From: Syntrophorhabdaceae bacterium
GTDB lineage: Bacteria; Desulfobacterota; Syntrophorhabdia; Syntrophorhabdales; Syntrophorhabdaceae
Length of the DNA: 64,000 nucleotides
NCBI GenBank assembly: GCA_963666485.2
Contig: CAXXUO010000008.1
Span: forward strand, 64,001-128,000
Direction: 5' to 3'
Below the pieces are notes generated by a model that worked only from the letters and a program-made list of their open reading frames with translations, searched no databases and was not told where the DNA came from. Position numbers and translations under genes: made by a program. Shown piece by piece: positions 51,863 to 64,000 of the stretch. Numbering within the stretch: position 1 is the stretch's first letter; every line of letters starts with the position of its first letter.

Positions 51863-52654
51863 TTACAGGACCTTTGCCTCGTCTTTCAGTGCTTTCACGA
51901 GGCCCTTCGCCTTCTCCTCGGGGGTTAGCCCGTCTATGATGTGCACCTCGGGTCTTTTGGCCGGCAATTCGTAGGAAAGCACCTCGACCCGGGACGATCC
52001 GTTGTCTATCGGTCCAAAGGGTGTACCGAGCGAGGCGGGATCGATGACGGCTATTTCTGTTTTCATCGCCTTCATCACCCCCGTGATAAGCGGGACCCTG
52101 GGTTCATTAAGGCCCTTCTGCGCGGTAAAGAGCGCCGGCAGCGTAATTTCCGAGACTTTCCTGCCGCCTTCTATCTCGTTTTCCACCTCGGCCTTCGCCG
52201 CATCGAGCATGGTCAGCTTGCTTATCTGGCTGACGTGGGAAATACCGAGAAATTCGGCCGCCATTGCCCCCACGTTGGCGCTCTCATCGTCCATCGCCTG
52301 CCGTCCGCACAGGATCAGGCCGAAGCCTTCACTCTTTGCGTAGGACGCCAGGATGCGGGCAATAATAAGCGGGTCATCCGTTTCGAAATTCGAACTGTCG
52401 ATACGGACGGCCCTGTCGGCACCCATCGCTATCGTCGTTCTCAAGGCTTCCGTGGCCCTTGCCGGTGCAAAGGTACATACCGTGATCTGAACATCTTTGA
52501 GCGCCTCTTTTATCCGTATCGCCTCTTCAACGGCAAATTCGTCGAAGAAATTCACGACATACTTGTTTTCGATCTCAAGGCTTTTCTGATCGGAGCTTAT
52601 GATTATCCGGGCTTCCGTATCGGCAACCTGTTTGACAAACACCAGAACATTCAC
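51863..52654 (-). CDS. etfB: Electron transfer flavoprotein beta subunit
   Basis: VKQVAD, DEFAVEEA, AMGAD, GRQAMD, NEPR; GTG start after GGAGG. Confidence 0.94.
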   Translation of the reverse strand: MNVLVFVKQVADTEARIIISSDQKSLEIENKYVVNFFDEFAVEEAIRIKEALKDVQITVCTFAPARATEALRTTIAMGADRAVRIDSSNFETDDPLIIARILASYAKSEGFGLILCGRQAMDDESANVGAMAAEFLGISHVSQISKLTMLDAAKAEVENEIEGGRKVSEITLPALFTAQKGLNEPRVPLITGVMKAMKTEIAVIDPASLGTPFGPIDNGSSRVEVLSYELPAKRPEVHIIDGLTPEEKAKGLVKALKDEAKVL

Positions 52655-52920
52655 GTCTTCACGCCTCCTTTGGCTCCTGATATGGTCCAATAAACTTAAC
52701 TAAAAGAAATGACCGGTCTTAAGGCAGGGAAACAGCTACTATGGTAAATGTACCAAAACCCTTTTTTTATCCTGAATTTACCTTCAAAATAACCGGGCCG
52801 GAATTTTGGATAAATTATTTTACCGTACCCGTTTTGTCAAGAAAAAATTGATGGCAAACAGGCCTGAAAGGCGATGTCAGTATTTGAATTTATTTAACTT
52901 TTGCTGTCTACGTTCTCAGT

Positions 52921-54465
52921 CTACAGATCGACAAATGAACGCAGCAGCTTGGCCCTCATCGGGTGCCTCAGTTTCTTCAAGGCCTTTGCCTCGATCTGGC
53001 GTATCCGTTCCCGGGTCACCTCAAAGACCTGCCCCACTTCCTCGAGCGTATGGTCCTGTCTCTCGCCCAATCCGAAACGCATCCGGACGACCCTCTCTTC
53101 CCTCGGTGACAGCGTCGAGAGAATATTGTTGAGATTATTGACCAGGTCATCGTAAATGGCCGAATCCTGGGGGGTCAGGACGTTCTTGTCCTCGATAAAA
53201 TCAGCGAGATGCGTGTCTTCGTCATCATTGATCGGCGTCTCGAGCGAGATAGGCTCTTTTGTGATCCTCAGGACCCGCCGCACCTTTTCCGATGAGAAGC
53301 CTATCCTGTCCGCGATCTCGTCAGGGTACGGTTCCCTTCCTAGTTCCTGCACGAGCCCCCGGGACACCCGGATGATCTTGTTGATCGTTTCGATCATATG
53401 CACCGGGATGCGGATGGTCCGGGCCTGGTCCGCTATCGCCCGCGTGATAGACTGACGGATCCACCAGGTCGCATAGGTGCTGAACTTGTAGCCGCGTTTG
53501 TACTCAAACCTGTCCACCGCTTTCATGAGCCCGATGTTGCCTTCCTGGATAAGGTCGAGAAGCGACAGGCCCCTGTTGATATACCTTTTCGCAATGCTCA
53601 CGACGAGCCGCAGGTTGGCCTTGACAAGCTCGTTCTTGGCCCCCGCAAAGTCAAGCTCCGCCGTCTCGATGCGCTTCAAGGACTGCCTGAGAGCCTTGGA
53701 CGATATTCCGATCTCGTCCTCCAGTCTCGTCTTTCTGTTCATCAGGGCCGCGAGGTGCCTCTTGTTCCCGGCTTCTTTCAATTTCTTGTACCGGGCTATC
53801 TCTGCCTCGATCTTTTCGATGCGCTCCACATACCGCTTCATACGCATGATTATCTTTTCGGTGATCTTTTTGCTCAGGTTGATCTCCGTGATTATCTTCT
53901 GCATTTCCTTGCTGTGGCCCTCTTTACGGGCATTCTTGATCTTTGAATGTTCATCCTTGAGCTTCTCAAGCAGTGAAATGACCCGGTCTCTCTGGAATTC
54001 AAGCTCCGTGTCGCCTTCCTCGTCATCATCCGCTTCGATCGTGATGTCCTTGACCGCCGCCTTCGATGTCTTGAGGGCCATCAGTGCGTTCAGTAATTCC
54101 TTTACCGTTCCGGGAAAAGACAGGAGGACCTGTTTTATATCCTCCTTCGCTTCTTCCATAAGGCGTGCTATCTCCTTCTCGCCCTCCCGGGTAAGAAGTG
54201 CCATGCTGCCCATTTCCTTGATGTAGTGACGGATCGGATTGATCAGATCGTCGTCGTACACCTCATCAAGGTCCCCCTCCAGAACCTCGTCAGCTTCTAC
54301 GTTTTCCCCGGTTTCCAGCGTCTCCTGGTGCTCGATCTCGAAAAGATCGATGTCATCGAGGATATTGCTGGGTTTTTCCCCCCGGGATATGAAAGCGTAG
54401 AGCTCCCCATTTTCGAGGTTCTCTTCATAAGGATAAAATCTCCTTACTTTTTCAGGCATGTCCAC
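52921..54465 (-). CDS. rpoD: RNA polymerase primary sigma factor
   Basis: [39 protein letters not shown]; downstream of dnaG. Confidence 0.96.
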   Translation of the reverse strand: MDMPEKVRRFYPYEENLENGELYAFISRGEKPSNILDDIDLFEIEHQETLETGENVEADEVLEGDLDEVYDDDLINPIRHYIKEMGSMALLTREGEKEIARLMEEAKEDIKQVLLSFPGTVKELLNALMALKTSKAAVKDITIEADDDEEGDTELEFQRDRVISLLEKLKDEHSKIKNARKEGHSKEMQKIITEINLSKKITEKIIMRMKRYVERIEKIEAEIARYKKLKEAGNKRHLAALMNRKTRLEDEIGISSKALRQSLKRIETAELDFAGAKNELVKANLRLVVSIAKRYINRGLSLLDLIQEGNIGLMKAVDRFEYKRGYKFSTYATWWIRQSITRAIADQARTIRIPVHMIETINKIIRVSRGLVQELGREPYPDEIADRIGFSSEKVRRVLRITKEPISLETPINDDEDTHLADFIEDKNVLTPQDSAIYDDLVNNLNNILSTLSPREERVVRMRFGLGERQDHTLEEVGQVFEVTRERIRQIEAKALKKLRHPMRAKLLRSFVDL

Positions 54466-54469
54466 CTCT

Positions 54470-56182
54470 CTATAAAAAATTATTTTTTATATGCGCCAAT
54501 ACCTGCTTCTTTTGTTCCATGAGTTCCGTAATTGCCGCGGCGTCCCCCTTCGTCTCCGCTTCGGCAAGCTTCTCGGTGATCTTTTTTGACTTGTCCCTGA
54601 AAAACTGACGTTCAATGTGCCTGAAATAATCCAGGAAGACCTTTTCGGGTTCGTCGGCATCTTCAGGGATACGGTCAAACGCTGCGTCGAGGACAAGCGC
54701 CTTCAAGTCCTCTTTATCCAGTACATCAATGAAATCCCGTACGTTGAGCGTGTTGCCGCGTTCAAACCAGGTCAGCATCTTTGCCATTATTTCCCGGACA
54801 TCCGCATTTTTTATGTATTCCAATTCCTCCTTTCCGTGTAAGTGCTGGAGCAGTTCGGGACGGGCAATGCAGGCATTGATGACCTTTTTTTCGATAACGG
54901 CCTTTGCCGTATCCGTCTTTTCGGTCCCGCTAACGGCCCCGTATATCTTTTTGGGAGCAAAATGCTCCTCTTCAACCCCGGTCAATTGGGAAAGACGTTT
55001 TATATATAACTGCCGTTTGATCGTGTCCCTGATCGCTTCGATATGAGGCATGACCTGTTTTATAAAGACCTGTTTTCCCCGGACGGTGGAAAGTGCCTCT
55101 TTGTCCGAATACTGGTCGAAGTAAAAATCGAGGACCGGTTTCTTGCTCTTCAGGATCTCCTGCAATGCCCCGGCACCTTTTTCCCGGACAAAGCTGTCGG
55201 GGTCGTGGCCTTCGGGCAGAACGACCATCATACCGTTCACGTCCATCTCCGCAAAAAGCCCGATGAGCCTCAGTGCACTCTTTATCCCGGCAGGGTCGCC
55301 GTCAAGCATGAGCGTGATATTCTCCGTGTAGTTCCGCAATTTCCCGATCTGCCCCTCGGTCACGGATGTCCCGAGCGTGGAGACCGCGTTCTTTATACCT
55401 GCCCGGTAGAGGCCTATCAGGTCGAAATACCCCTCGACAATGAAGACCTCGTCCGCATCGGCAATATATCTCTTTGTCCGGTCGATGCCGAACAGCGAAT
55501 TGCGTTTCGAGAATACGGAGGATTCGGGTGAATTGACATACTTCGGCAGCCCGTCTTTCTCTAATGTCCTTCCGCCAAAACCGATCACCCTTTTATTGAC
55601 ATCTATGATGGGAATGACGACGCGCCCGCTGAACATGTCGTAGAATTGATTTTCCTTGACCCTGACGATGCCGGTAGAGAGAAAGACATCAACAGGTACC
55701 CCCGTGCTGTTCAGGGCCGCCTTGAGACCGTCGCGCGACCGGGGACTGTACCCGATCCGGAATTCCTCGATGATATCGCCGGAGATGCCCCTTTTTTCGA
55801 GGTATTCCCGTGAGGCGGCACTTGCCCTAAGACCCTTCTGATAATACTCACACAGCCGCTCCAGGGCGTCGTAATGGCCCGCTTTTCTCCTGTCGCCTTT
55901 CCTTTCCACCTCTATGCCGTATTCGCGGCCGAGGTGCTCCAAGGCCTCGACAAACGTGAGGTTCTCGTATTTCATGATGAAACTGATCGCGTTGCCGCCT
56001 TCCCTGCAGCCAAAGCAATAGAATATCTGCTTTTCGTGGCTTACCGTGAATGAGGGGGTCTTCTCCCTGTGAAAAGGGCACAGGCCCATGAAATCCTTAC
56101 CGGCTTTCCTCAATTTTACATATTGTGATACGACGTCGACTATGTTGACCTTCTGGAGAAGTTCATCGACCGACGCCTTCAT
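54470..56182 (-). CDS. dnaG: DNA primase
   Basis: CPFH..KTPSF..CFGC, KYVNSPE, VEGYFD, DGDPAG, DPD. Confidence 0.97.
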   Translation of the reverse strand: MKASVDELLQKVNIVDVVSQYVKLRKAGKDFMGLCPFHREKTPSFTVSHEKQIFYCFGCREGGNAISFIMKYENLTFVEALEHLGREYGIEVERKGDRRKAGHYDALERLCEYYQKGLRASAASREYLEKRGISGDIIEEFRIGYSPRSRDGLKAALNSTGVPVDVFLSTGIVRVKENQFYDMFSGRVVIPIIDVNKRVIGFGGRTLEKDGLPKYVNSPESSVFSKRNSLFGIDRTKRYIADADEVFIVEGYFDLIGLYRAGIKNAVSTLGTSVTEGQIGKLRNYTENITLMLDGDPAGIKSALRLIGLFAEMDVNGMMVVLPEGHDPDSFVREKGAGALQEILKSKKPVLDFYFDQYSDKEALSTVRGKQVFIKQVMPHIEAIRDTIKRQLYIKRLSQLTGVEEEHFAPKKIYGAVSGTEKTDTAKAVIEKKVINACIARPELLQHLHGKEELEYIKNADVREIMAKMLTWFERGNTLNVRDFIDVLDKEDLKALVLDAAFDRIPEDADEPEKVFLDYFRHIERQFFRDKSKKITEKLAEAETKGDAAAITELMEQKKQVLAHIKNNFL

Positions 56183-58470
56183 GCGAACTCCACGACTGTA
56201 ACCCCCGCGTTGCGTTCATCTGCGTGAAACGCCTTTACGTACGGCGTATCGGAAAGCCTTTCCCTGACTGCCTGCATGAGCCTTCCCGTCCCCACACCGT
56301 GGACCACCTTCACGCCGGACACACCCTGAACCACTGCCCTGTCGATAAACTGGTCGAGCCTTTTCACGGCCTCCTCGACACGCAGACCGACGATGTTGAG
56401 CTCAGGCGCCCCAATGGGTTCCACGGTTATTTGGGTGTTATCTTTCGATACCCTTTTTGGACCTTCGATCGCCCGGGTGATGAACATCCGTTTCAGCTTC
56501 GTTCTTACGTTGCCAACGGCAACTTCGAAAACATTACCCTCTTTGTCGATGTCTACGACATATCCTTTGCTTCCGAGAGTCTTCACCAGAACGTAGTCGC
56601 CTATTCGGATCTCCTCCCTGGCCTCCTTAGCTGGTCCCCCAACCTTTTCCCTCAAGGAACGAATTCGTTCCTTACTCTTTGTTATAGACGTTCTTTCTCT
56701 TTTTGCAACATCTTTTTTTATAAATTCTATCTCGATCTCCAGCTGGAGCAGCTTTTCCTGGCACTTCTCTTCCCATTTCCGGGTATATTCGTCCTTCTTT
56801 TCGCGGATGAGTTTGAGGCGTTCACGCGCCTCTTCCTTCAATTTTTTGAGCTCCAGGCGCTCTTTTTGCGCCTTTGCCGTCTCTTTTTCCAGGCTCGTGA
56901 TCAGGTCGTTGAGTAAAAATTCCTGTTCGTTGAGATATGTATAGCTTTTTTCGATTATCGCCTGCGGTACGTTGATGTTCTTCGCAACGTTTATCGCGTT
57001 GGAATACCCGGCAGTGCCGTAGACGAGCTGGTACAGGGGCTTCATGTTCTGCGAATCAAAGGATGTGGCCACGTTGAGCGCGAAATCCTTCATGTAGCCG
57101 TATGCCTTGATCAGGTTGAGGTGCGTTGTCACGACCATCCGGCACCCTTTCTCGACAAAGGCATCCATCACGCCCATTGCAAGGGCGGAAGCCTCCTGCG
57201 GCTCCGTATTCCCGCCTATTTCGTCGATGAGAACGAGCTCGTCTCCGCGCGCGCTGAGATAGAGGTCCTTTATCGCGTACATGTGCGCGGTGAAACTCGA
57301 AAGCTCCATCGCGATATCCTGCTCGTCCCCGATGAGGGCAAATATGTTGGAAAAGAGGGGTATGACAGGCTTTTCCGTCGCGGGGACGAAAAGGCCCGTC
57401 TTCGCCATGAGCGACAAGAGGCCGATCGTTTTCAGCGCTGCCGTCTTCCCTCCCGCATTCGGGCCGCTGATGATCATGACCTTCTCTTTTTCCTTCATGA
57501 CGATATCTATCGGTACGGCATCATTCTTTTTCGACAGAGATATGAAAGGATTGACGGCCTTCTTTATCTCCATCATCCCTTTCGTCGTCACCTCGGGCCT
57601 GACGCACTTGAACTCGTGGCAGAAAAGGGCCATGGCATGATAGAGATCGAGCTCGCCAAGGAGCTCGATATTCCGCGTGAGCTGGTCCCTGAACCCGCGC
57701 GCAAAATCTGTCAGTTCGTGAAGGATCCTCTTTTCTTCTTCCTTCTCTTCGTTGACGAGAATGTTGATGCTGTTGTTGAGCTCGACGCATTCGACCGGTT
57801 CGACAAAAGATGTCTTCAGTGAATGCGAATAATCATGGACGATACCCTGGATAGCCTCATTGAAATTGGGCTTCAACGGGATGACGTACCTGTTGTTCCT
57901 CAAGGATATATACTCGTCCTGGATGATCGGCCGCACCGATTCCCGGCCCATTATCCGGTCAAGCTGCTTCTTGATCTTTTCCCTGTTCTGGAAAAGCTCT
58001 GACCGTATGCGCGACAGGTCATATGACGCACTGTCCTCGAGATATCCCTCGATATTGACGGAACGGGTGATCTTTTTCTGCAGGGCGGAGAGCTTGTCGA
58101 GGCCCGCAATGAGGGTCTCGATGTATTCCCTCTTCTTGAAGGCCCGCGTGAGGAAAGACGCAGTGTCGGAACACGACCTGATAAAACCGGTCAGTGTCAG
58201 GAACTCCGAGGATTCGAGGACGGAATCCCTGATGCCTATTCTTTGAACGATCGGTGTGACGTCGGGGACGTCGCCAAACGGTATCCTGCCGTCCCACTTG
58301 ATCACGTCCATGACCGCCTCGATCCTGTCGTGGCGCGTACGTATCTCGTCGATATCATCGAGCGGGCGGAACGAGAGCAGTTCGTTTCTCGAAAAGGGTG
58401 TTTCAGAATATGTGAGGATTACGTCGCGGAGCTTGAGATAATCGAGGTATGATAAAGTCTTATCGACCAT
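56179..58470 (-). CDS. mutS2: MutS2 endonuclease with Smr domain
   Basis: GPNAGGKT, IGDEQ, LSSFTAHM, C-terminal VHGVGTG. Confidence 0.95.
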   Translation of the reverse strand: MVDKTLSYLDYLKLRDVILTYSETPFSRNELLSFRPLDDIDEIRTRHDRIEAVMDVIKWDGRIPFGDVPDVTPIVQRIGIRDSVLESSEFLTLTGFIRSCSDTASFLTRAFKKREYIETLIAGLDKLSALQKKITRSVNIEGYLEDSASYDLSRIRSELFQNREKIKKQLDRIMGRESVRPIIQDEYISLRNNRYVIPLKPNFNEAIQGIVHDYSHSLKTSFVEPVECVELNNSINILVNEEKEEEKRILHELTDFARGFRDQLTRNIELLGELDLYHAMALFCHEFKCVRPEVTTKGMMEIKKAVNPFISLSKKNDAVPIDIVMKEKEKVMIISGPNAGGKTAALKTIGLLSLMAKTGLFVPATEKPVIPLFSNIFALIGDEQDIAMELSSFTAHMYAIKDLYLSARGDELVLIDEIGGNTEPQEASALAMGVMDAFVEKGCRMVVTTHLNLIKAYGYMKDFALNVATSFDSQNMKPLYQLVYGTAGYSNAINVAKNINVPQAIIEKSYTYLNEQEFLLNDLITSLEKETAKAQKERLELKKLKEEARERLKLIREKKDEYTRKWEEKCQEKLLQLEIEIEFIKKDVAKRERTSITKSKERIRSLREKVGGPAKEAREEIRIGDYVLVKTLGSKGYVVDIDKEGNVFEVAVGNVRTKLKRMFITRAIEGPKRVSKDNTQITVEPIGAPELNIVGLRVEEAVKRLDQFIDRAVVQGVSGVKVVHGVGTGRLMQAVRERLSDTPYVKAFHADERNAGVTVVEFA

Positions 58471-58491
58471 ACCGGCTTTCAACTGTCGTTA

Positions 58492-58937
58492 TCATGATGA
58501 CAGTCTTTTAAGCACCATTGCACTTAACAATTTTCCTTCAATCCTCCCGGGGAACTTGTCCATGAGGAATTTAATGACCTTGCCCATCTCTTTGCGGTCT
58601 TTCGCACCGGTAGCGGCTATAGCGTCCTCGATCTCTTTCGTGATCTCGTCCTCAGTTAATTGAGAGGGCTGGAACTCCTTCAGGATTTCCAGCTCCTTCT
58701 CTTCTTTTTCCGCAAGTTCTAAACGCTGACCTTTTTGAAGCTTTCGATGGAGTCGTTGTGCTGCTTTATCGATGTCTTGATGAGGGCGAAAAACTCTTCG
58801 TCCGTCAGAGGCCTGATCTTCTCTACTTCCTTGTTCTTGATAGCGGCAAGGAGCATCCTGAAAACGGACACCCGGATGGCGTCCCTTTTCTTCAAAGCCT
58901 CTTTCAAACCATTTTCAATTGTGGATCGATAGTCCAT
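58492..58937 (-). CDS. yqeY: GatB/YqeY domain protein, frameshifted at an A5 run near 58732-58736
   Basis: N-half ...DSIESFKK continues in the -1 frame as GQRLELAEKEEKELEILKEFQP...EMGKV...KRLSS*. Confidence 0.85.
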
Positions 58938-58943
58938 CTATTC

Positions 58944-59153
58944 CTAGTAAAGACCTTTGTCCATGGTTCTCTTGAGTTTTTTCAGAGCTCTCTTCTTGGC
59001 AGCGAGAATTTTCTTTTTTCTCTTTACGCTGGGTTTTTCGTAGTGTTCTCTTTTTTTGATCTCGGAGAGAATCCCGGTTTTTTCACACTGCTTCTTAAAC
59101 CTTTTGAGGGCGCTCTCGAAGGATTCACCTTCTCTTATAATAACTGCTGGCAT
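58944..59153 (-). CDS. rpsU: 30S ribosomal protein S21
   Basis: [25 protein letters not shown]. Confidence 0.97.
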   Translation of the reverse strand: MPAVIIREGESFESALKRFKKQCEKTGILSEIKKREHYEKPSVKRKKKILAAKKRALKKLKRTMDKGLY

Positions 59154-59198
59154 CCATTCTTCCCTCCCTCCGTAGGTCCGTTAGATTTAAAGCTCCAT

Positions 59199-59227
59199 AT
59201 TAAAACCGAAAAATCGGCCAAAGTCAA
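59199..59227 (-). promoter_or_regulatory. Putative sigma70 promoter of the rpsU operon
   Basis: TTGACT-17 bp-TTTAAT on the minus strand. Confidence 0.55.
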
Positions 59228-59298
59228 CAGGTTTTAGCGGTTTTAACGTTGGTATTCGTCGATCGACGGATAAGATAAGCTCAAGTTCGTTGTTATTC

Positions 59299-59985
59299 TT
59301 AACCCTTCTTCAGAACAGTCCCGTCTTTATACGCAAACATCGTATCTTTCTGGTGCTGTGCCACGACGGTCCGGAGGCTGTCTATCCTGTTGCGCCAGCC
59401 CTTCAAATATTTCGCATATACCTGCGGTTTCCCGACGGCCAGCCTGACGTAGCGCTTCTCCCGCATGTCGAGGTAATTATCGATGTCGCCGCCCGATCTC
59501 TGCAATATCTTCTGCGCGGCTGCCGGGCTGTTGACATACGTGTCAAAATGGACGATGCACAGGGGATATGGCAGGGAACCTGCCCCCGACCTGTCCCAGA
59601 TCTTCCGGTAGATGGCCTCTACCTGGTCCGGGCGGATGTTCTTGATATTTCCCTGGTATCCGAAGGCCCGGGCGGTCGACTGGAGTATGCCATAGCGCGA
59701 GGCTCCTTTTCCTGCGTCCTCCCTGACAAGCCTGCTCCCTTCTTTCTTGAGGACGAAATCGAGGCATTTCCGAAAAAGTGCATTTTCATCGGGCTTGACC
59801 GCCTCGGCCGGCGCAGCCGGTGATGTTGCGGCACTGAAGGTTGCCGGCCGGTCATTGACGAGCTGGAGGAGGGTCTGCTCGAAACCTGATGCCTGCGGGT
59901 TGACGGTAAAATTTTCCGGGTTTCTCCGAAGGCCCTGTGTGTACCGATACAGTGCAGTTTGGGATATATCGAGATCGGTAGCCAT
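59299..59985 (-). CDS. Glycosyl hydrolase family 108 (lysozyme-like) protein with N-terminal extension
   Basis: FVLKKEG, YGI, IYRKIW, FDTYVN, YLKGWRNR. Confidence 0.75.
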   Translation of the reverse strand: MATDLDISQTALYRYTQGLRRNPENFTVNPQASGFEQTLLQLVNDRPATFSAATSPAAPAEAVKPDENALFRKCLDFVLKKEGSRLVREDAGKGASRYGILQSTARAFGYQGNIKNIRPDQVEAIYRKIWDRSGAGSLPYPLCIVHFDTYVNSPAAAQKILQRSGGDIDNYLDMREKRYVRLAVGKPQVYAKYLKGWRNRIDSLRTVVAQHQKDTMFAYKDGTVLKKG

Positions 59986-60103
59986 GATGGGGCTATATTG
60001 CAACAGTTATGCCATCTCTTGTTTATAAAGGTCCTACAAAAGGGAGGGGCAATACGTGTGCCCGAACGGGGCCAAAGCTGTCAGAATACTGACAGGCTTA
60101 AGA

Positions 60104-61435
<1,332 letters not shown>

Positions 61436-61474
61436 CTATCGTACAATGGGGGATAAATCAAGAAGATAAAAAAA

Positions 61475-61545
61475 GGCGTAAGGCGTGAGAGCGTAAGGCG
61501 TAAGGCGTAAAAGAAACGGCGTACGGCGTACGGCGTACGGCTGAC
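61475..61545. repeat. Heptamer tandem tracts GTAAGGC / GTACGGC
   Basis: Read directly; GTAAGGCGTGAGAGCGTAAGGCGTAAGGCGT also occurs at 14291. Confidence 0.85.
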
Positions 61546-61643
61546 GGGTAAATATCGCGACATCGTGGGCTGGTGTTTGTGCCGCAATAACATGCACTAA
61601 AAAAACACCCGGATATAGCGAACGAGGATATACCACGACAACC

Positions 61644-61915
61644 CGTCGTCATTCCCGCCCCACCCCGCGTCATTCCCGCCTCACCCTCCGTCATTCCCCG
61701 CGAAAGCGGGAATCCAGTGTCTTTGTCTTTTAATCTTTAATAGGTTGATAATGTCGGCCTTTTTGTGTACAAGGCTGCCAACGGCTGATCAATAGACACA
61801 CGATACGTGCATGATTGCGGGTGTTACCCAAAAGACCAACTGAAAAGACACTGGATTCCCGCTTCGCGGGAATGACGGTCGGTGGTGAGGATTCCCGCTT
61901 TCGCCGGAATGGACG
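61644..61915. repeat. CGTC-type REP-like palindrome cluster
   Basis: Several CGTCATTCCC units; GCGGGAATCCAGTGTCTTT...AAAGACACTGGATTCCCGC. Confidence 0.88.
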
Positions 61916-61947
61916 GCAGAGAGATAGAAGCCTTTAGCCTTTAGCCT

Positions 61948-63011
61948 TTAGCCGTTCCTCTTCTTTCCCTCAAAGAGACTGTCCATCTTCAAGGCTGGCT
62001 TTGTTGACAGGTTGAGGTGATGAAATGCCCTCTCCGATGCCTTGCGTCCCTGCGAGGTGCGGATGATGAATCCGCTTTTGAGGAGGAACGGTTCAACGAC
62101 CTCGATGAGGACGTCGGATTCGAGCTGGAGGGTTGCAGCGAGAGCCTCGATACCGACAGGGCCCCCCTTGTAATTGAGGATTATCGTGGCAAGCAGTTTT
62201 CTATCGGTTTCACTTAGGCCGTGATCATCGATCCCTTCGAGCCCCAGCGCATCTATGGCGACACTCTTCGTTATCACGCCCTTTGCCCTGACCTCGGCCG
62301 TAATCACGGACACGCTTCAAGAGCCGGTTTGCCACGCGCGGTGTCCCGCGGGCACGTTTTGCCGTCTCGACGGCGCCCTCTTCGTCCTATTGCGACACCG
62401 AGTATTGCCGCCGAACGCTTGATGATCTTCACGAGGTCCTCGTCTATATAAAAGTCGAGGTCCCTGACAATCCCGAAACGTTCCCTCAACGGCGACGACA
62501 AAAGACCGGAGCGCGTCGTCGCACCGATCAGTGTGAAGTGTTCAAGGCGATAACGGTGCGTCCGGGCGTGAATCCCCTTGTCGAAGATAAAATCGACCGC
62601 AAAGTCCTCCATTGCGGGGTAGAGGAATTCTTCCACGATCTTCGGGATACGGTGGATCTCGTCGATGAAAAAGATGTCCCCCTTTTCGAGATGCGTGAGA
62701 AGGCCCATCAGGTCCCCGCCTTTTTCAAGCGCCGGGCCGGAGGACGTAACGATCCGTGTGCCCATCTCGTTGGCGATGATATGTGCGAGTGTCGTTTTAC
62801 CGAGGCCCGGGGGGCCGTTAAAGAGAATGTGCTCGAGCGGCTCACCGCGCTTTAAGGCGGCCTCGATCGCTATCTGGAGCGTTTCGACAATGGTATTCTG
62901 GCCGACATATTCGGAAAGCCTGCTCGGGCGCAGCGTCACAACGGTTTCATCGCCGGCGCCCTCATCCCTCTTATACAATTCAGATATGTCGGAGTTTTCT
63001 TCCTGTATCAT
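61948..63011 (-). CDS. ruvB: Holliday junction branch migration ATPase RuvB, two apparent +1 frameshifts near 62386 and 62298
   Basis: [21 protein letters not shown], off-frame [25 protein letters not shown]. Confidence 0.93.
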
Positions 63012-63622
63012 TCTTTCTGTCCTCTATACACCTCTTCGAACAACTCTTCGGATGAGGCGATACGGGGGTTCCTTTTCATTGCGTCCTGTATCATCTGCCG
63101 CGCTTCGAGAAGCTTATGGCCAAGCTGGGTAACAAGGACGTGCTCGACGTCCTTCATGAAGTCCTCCACCACCGGTGCCGCGGCCGCGGTCTCGGGCATG
63201 AGGGCGTATTTCGCCACCCTTCCCTTCAATGTCGCAACGATCTTGTCCGCCTTCCTCTCGCCTATACCTTTAAGCTTCCGGAGCGATTTCGCGTCCTTAC
63301 CCTCTATGTACCGGGCTATCTCGCGGATCGGCTGTGTCAGGGCCTTGATCGCGGCCATCGGGCCGATATCCTCGACCATGATAAAGAGCTCGAAGAACTC
63401 CCGGTCGAGCTCGTGGCGGAAACCAACAAGGACCGGCTTCGGCTGCCTCTCCGTCTGGTGAAAGGAGATATAGAGTTCCAGGTCCTCATCCACCTTCTTT
63501 GACCTGCGGATATCCGTCATCACGAATGCCGGGATGAGCACATCGTACCCTATCCCGCCGACAAGGAGCGTGAGGCGCTCGTCGTAGATGCCTTTTATTT
63601 TTCCTGTCAGATAAGCGATCAT
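63008..63622 (-). CDS. ruvA: Holliday junction binding protein RuvA
   Basis: MIAYLTG, GGIGY, HhH motifs DIGP and GIGERKA. Confidence 0.93.
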   Translation of the reverse strand: MIAYLTGKIKGIYDERLTLLVGGIGYDVLIPAFVMTDIRRSKKVDEDLELYISFHQTERQPKPVLVGFRHELDREFFELFIMVEDIGPMAAIKALTQPIREIARYIEGKDAKSLRKLKGIGERKADKIVATLKGRVAKYALMPETAAAAPVVEDFMKDVEHVLVTQLGHKLLEARQMIQDAMKRNPRIASSEELFEEVYRGQKE

Positions 63623-64000
63623 ATCACGGCCCTGTATTCCCTGCGGTAATATGTGGCAAGCGCGACGGCAAGCGCGTCCGATGCGTGGAACGATGAAACG
63701 TTGTTTATCTTCAGTGCACTGACTACCGCGTCCCTGATCTGTTTCTTTCCGGCGTTGCCGAACCCCACCAGTGCATTCTTGATCTCTTTCGGCGCGATCT
63801 CCTGTACCGGCAACCCCCGTTCACGGGCTGTAACATAAAGCACGCCGAGGACGCTTCCGAGAAGAATGCCCGCCCGGGGATACCGCACCAGCGAAAAGAC
63901 ATCCTCTATCGCAACAAGATCAGGTTTCACCTGGTCAATTATCGTGTTCATATCGCCATGGATTTGCATGAGCCTGTTCGGGACCGTATCCGTTGTAAAT
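63619..64000 (-). CDS. ruvC: Holliday junction resolvase RuvC (5' end outside window)
   Basis: AIEDVF, EIKNALVGFGNAGKKQI, HASDALAVA. Confidence 0.93.
   Translation of the reverse strand, partial: FTTDTVPNRLMQIHGDMNTIIDQVKPDLVAIEDVFSLVRYPRAGILLGSVLGVLYVTARERGLPVQEIAPKEIKNALVGFGNAGKKQIRDAVVSALKINNVSSFHASDALAVALATYYRREYRAVI

Overview
Mostly core chromosome of a GC-rich anaerobic bacterium. Gene content and protein style suggest Desulfobacterota, possibly Syntrophorhabdus-like (inference). Left to right: infB'-nusA-rimP, a UDP-glucuronate decarboxylase, livKHMGF, a CobD/HisC-fold protein lacking its PLP lysine, 5'-nucleotidase, transaldolase, MFS, TPR protein, an HTH + Pro-rich ExeA-like ATPase pair, kup, a complete Na+-type V/A-ATPase operon, Na+-decarboxylase beta/gamma subunits, ispG, ino1 + CDP-alcohol phosphotransferase, fumarase and malic enzyme, tRNA(CAU)-zinc ribbon-rnhA-rnpB, two ArnT-like transferases, dacB, a NodIJ-like ABC pair, an HTH-adenylate cyclase fusion, an IS110 element, etfBA, rpsU-yqeY-mutS2-dnaG-rpoD, a GH108 lysozyme, purA and ruvCAB. 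The standout is a complete IS110 (IS621-like) element at 49531-50713, inserted at the edge of a CGTC-type palindromic repeat. Its non-coding left end holds a readable two-loop bridge RNA whose guide segments match its own insertion site and its own circle junction, and circularisation would build a TTGACA-17-TATGAT promoter. Intergenic regions carry many inverted heptamer tandem tracts and CGTC palindromes. Frameshifts in yqeY, purA, ruvB and the HTH gene sit at short homopolymers and are most likely assembly errors.
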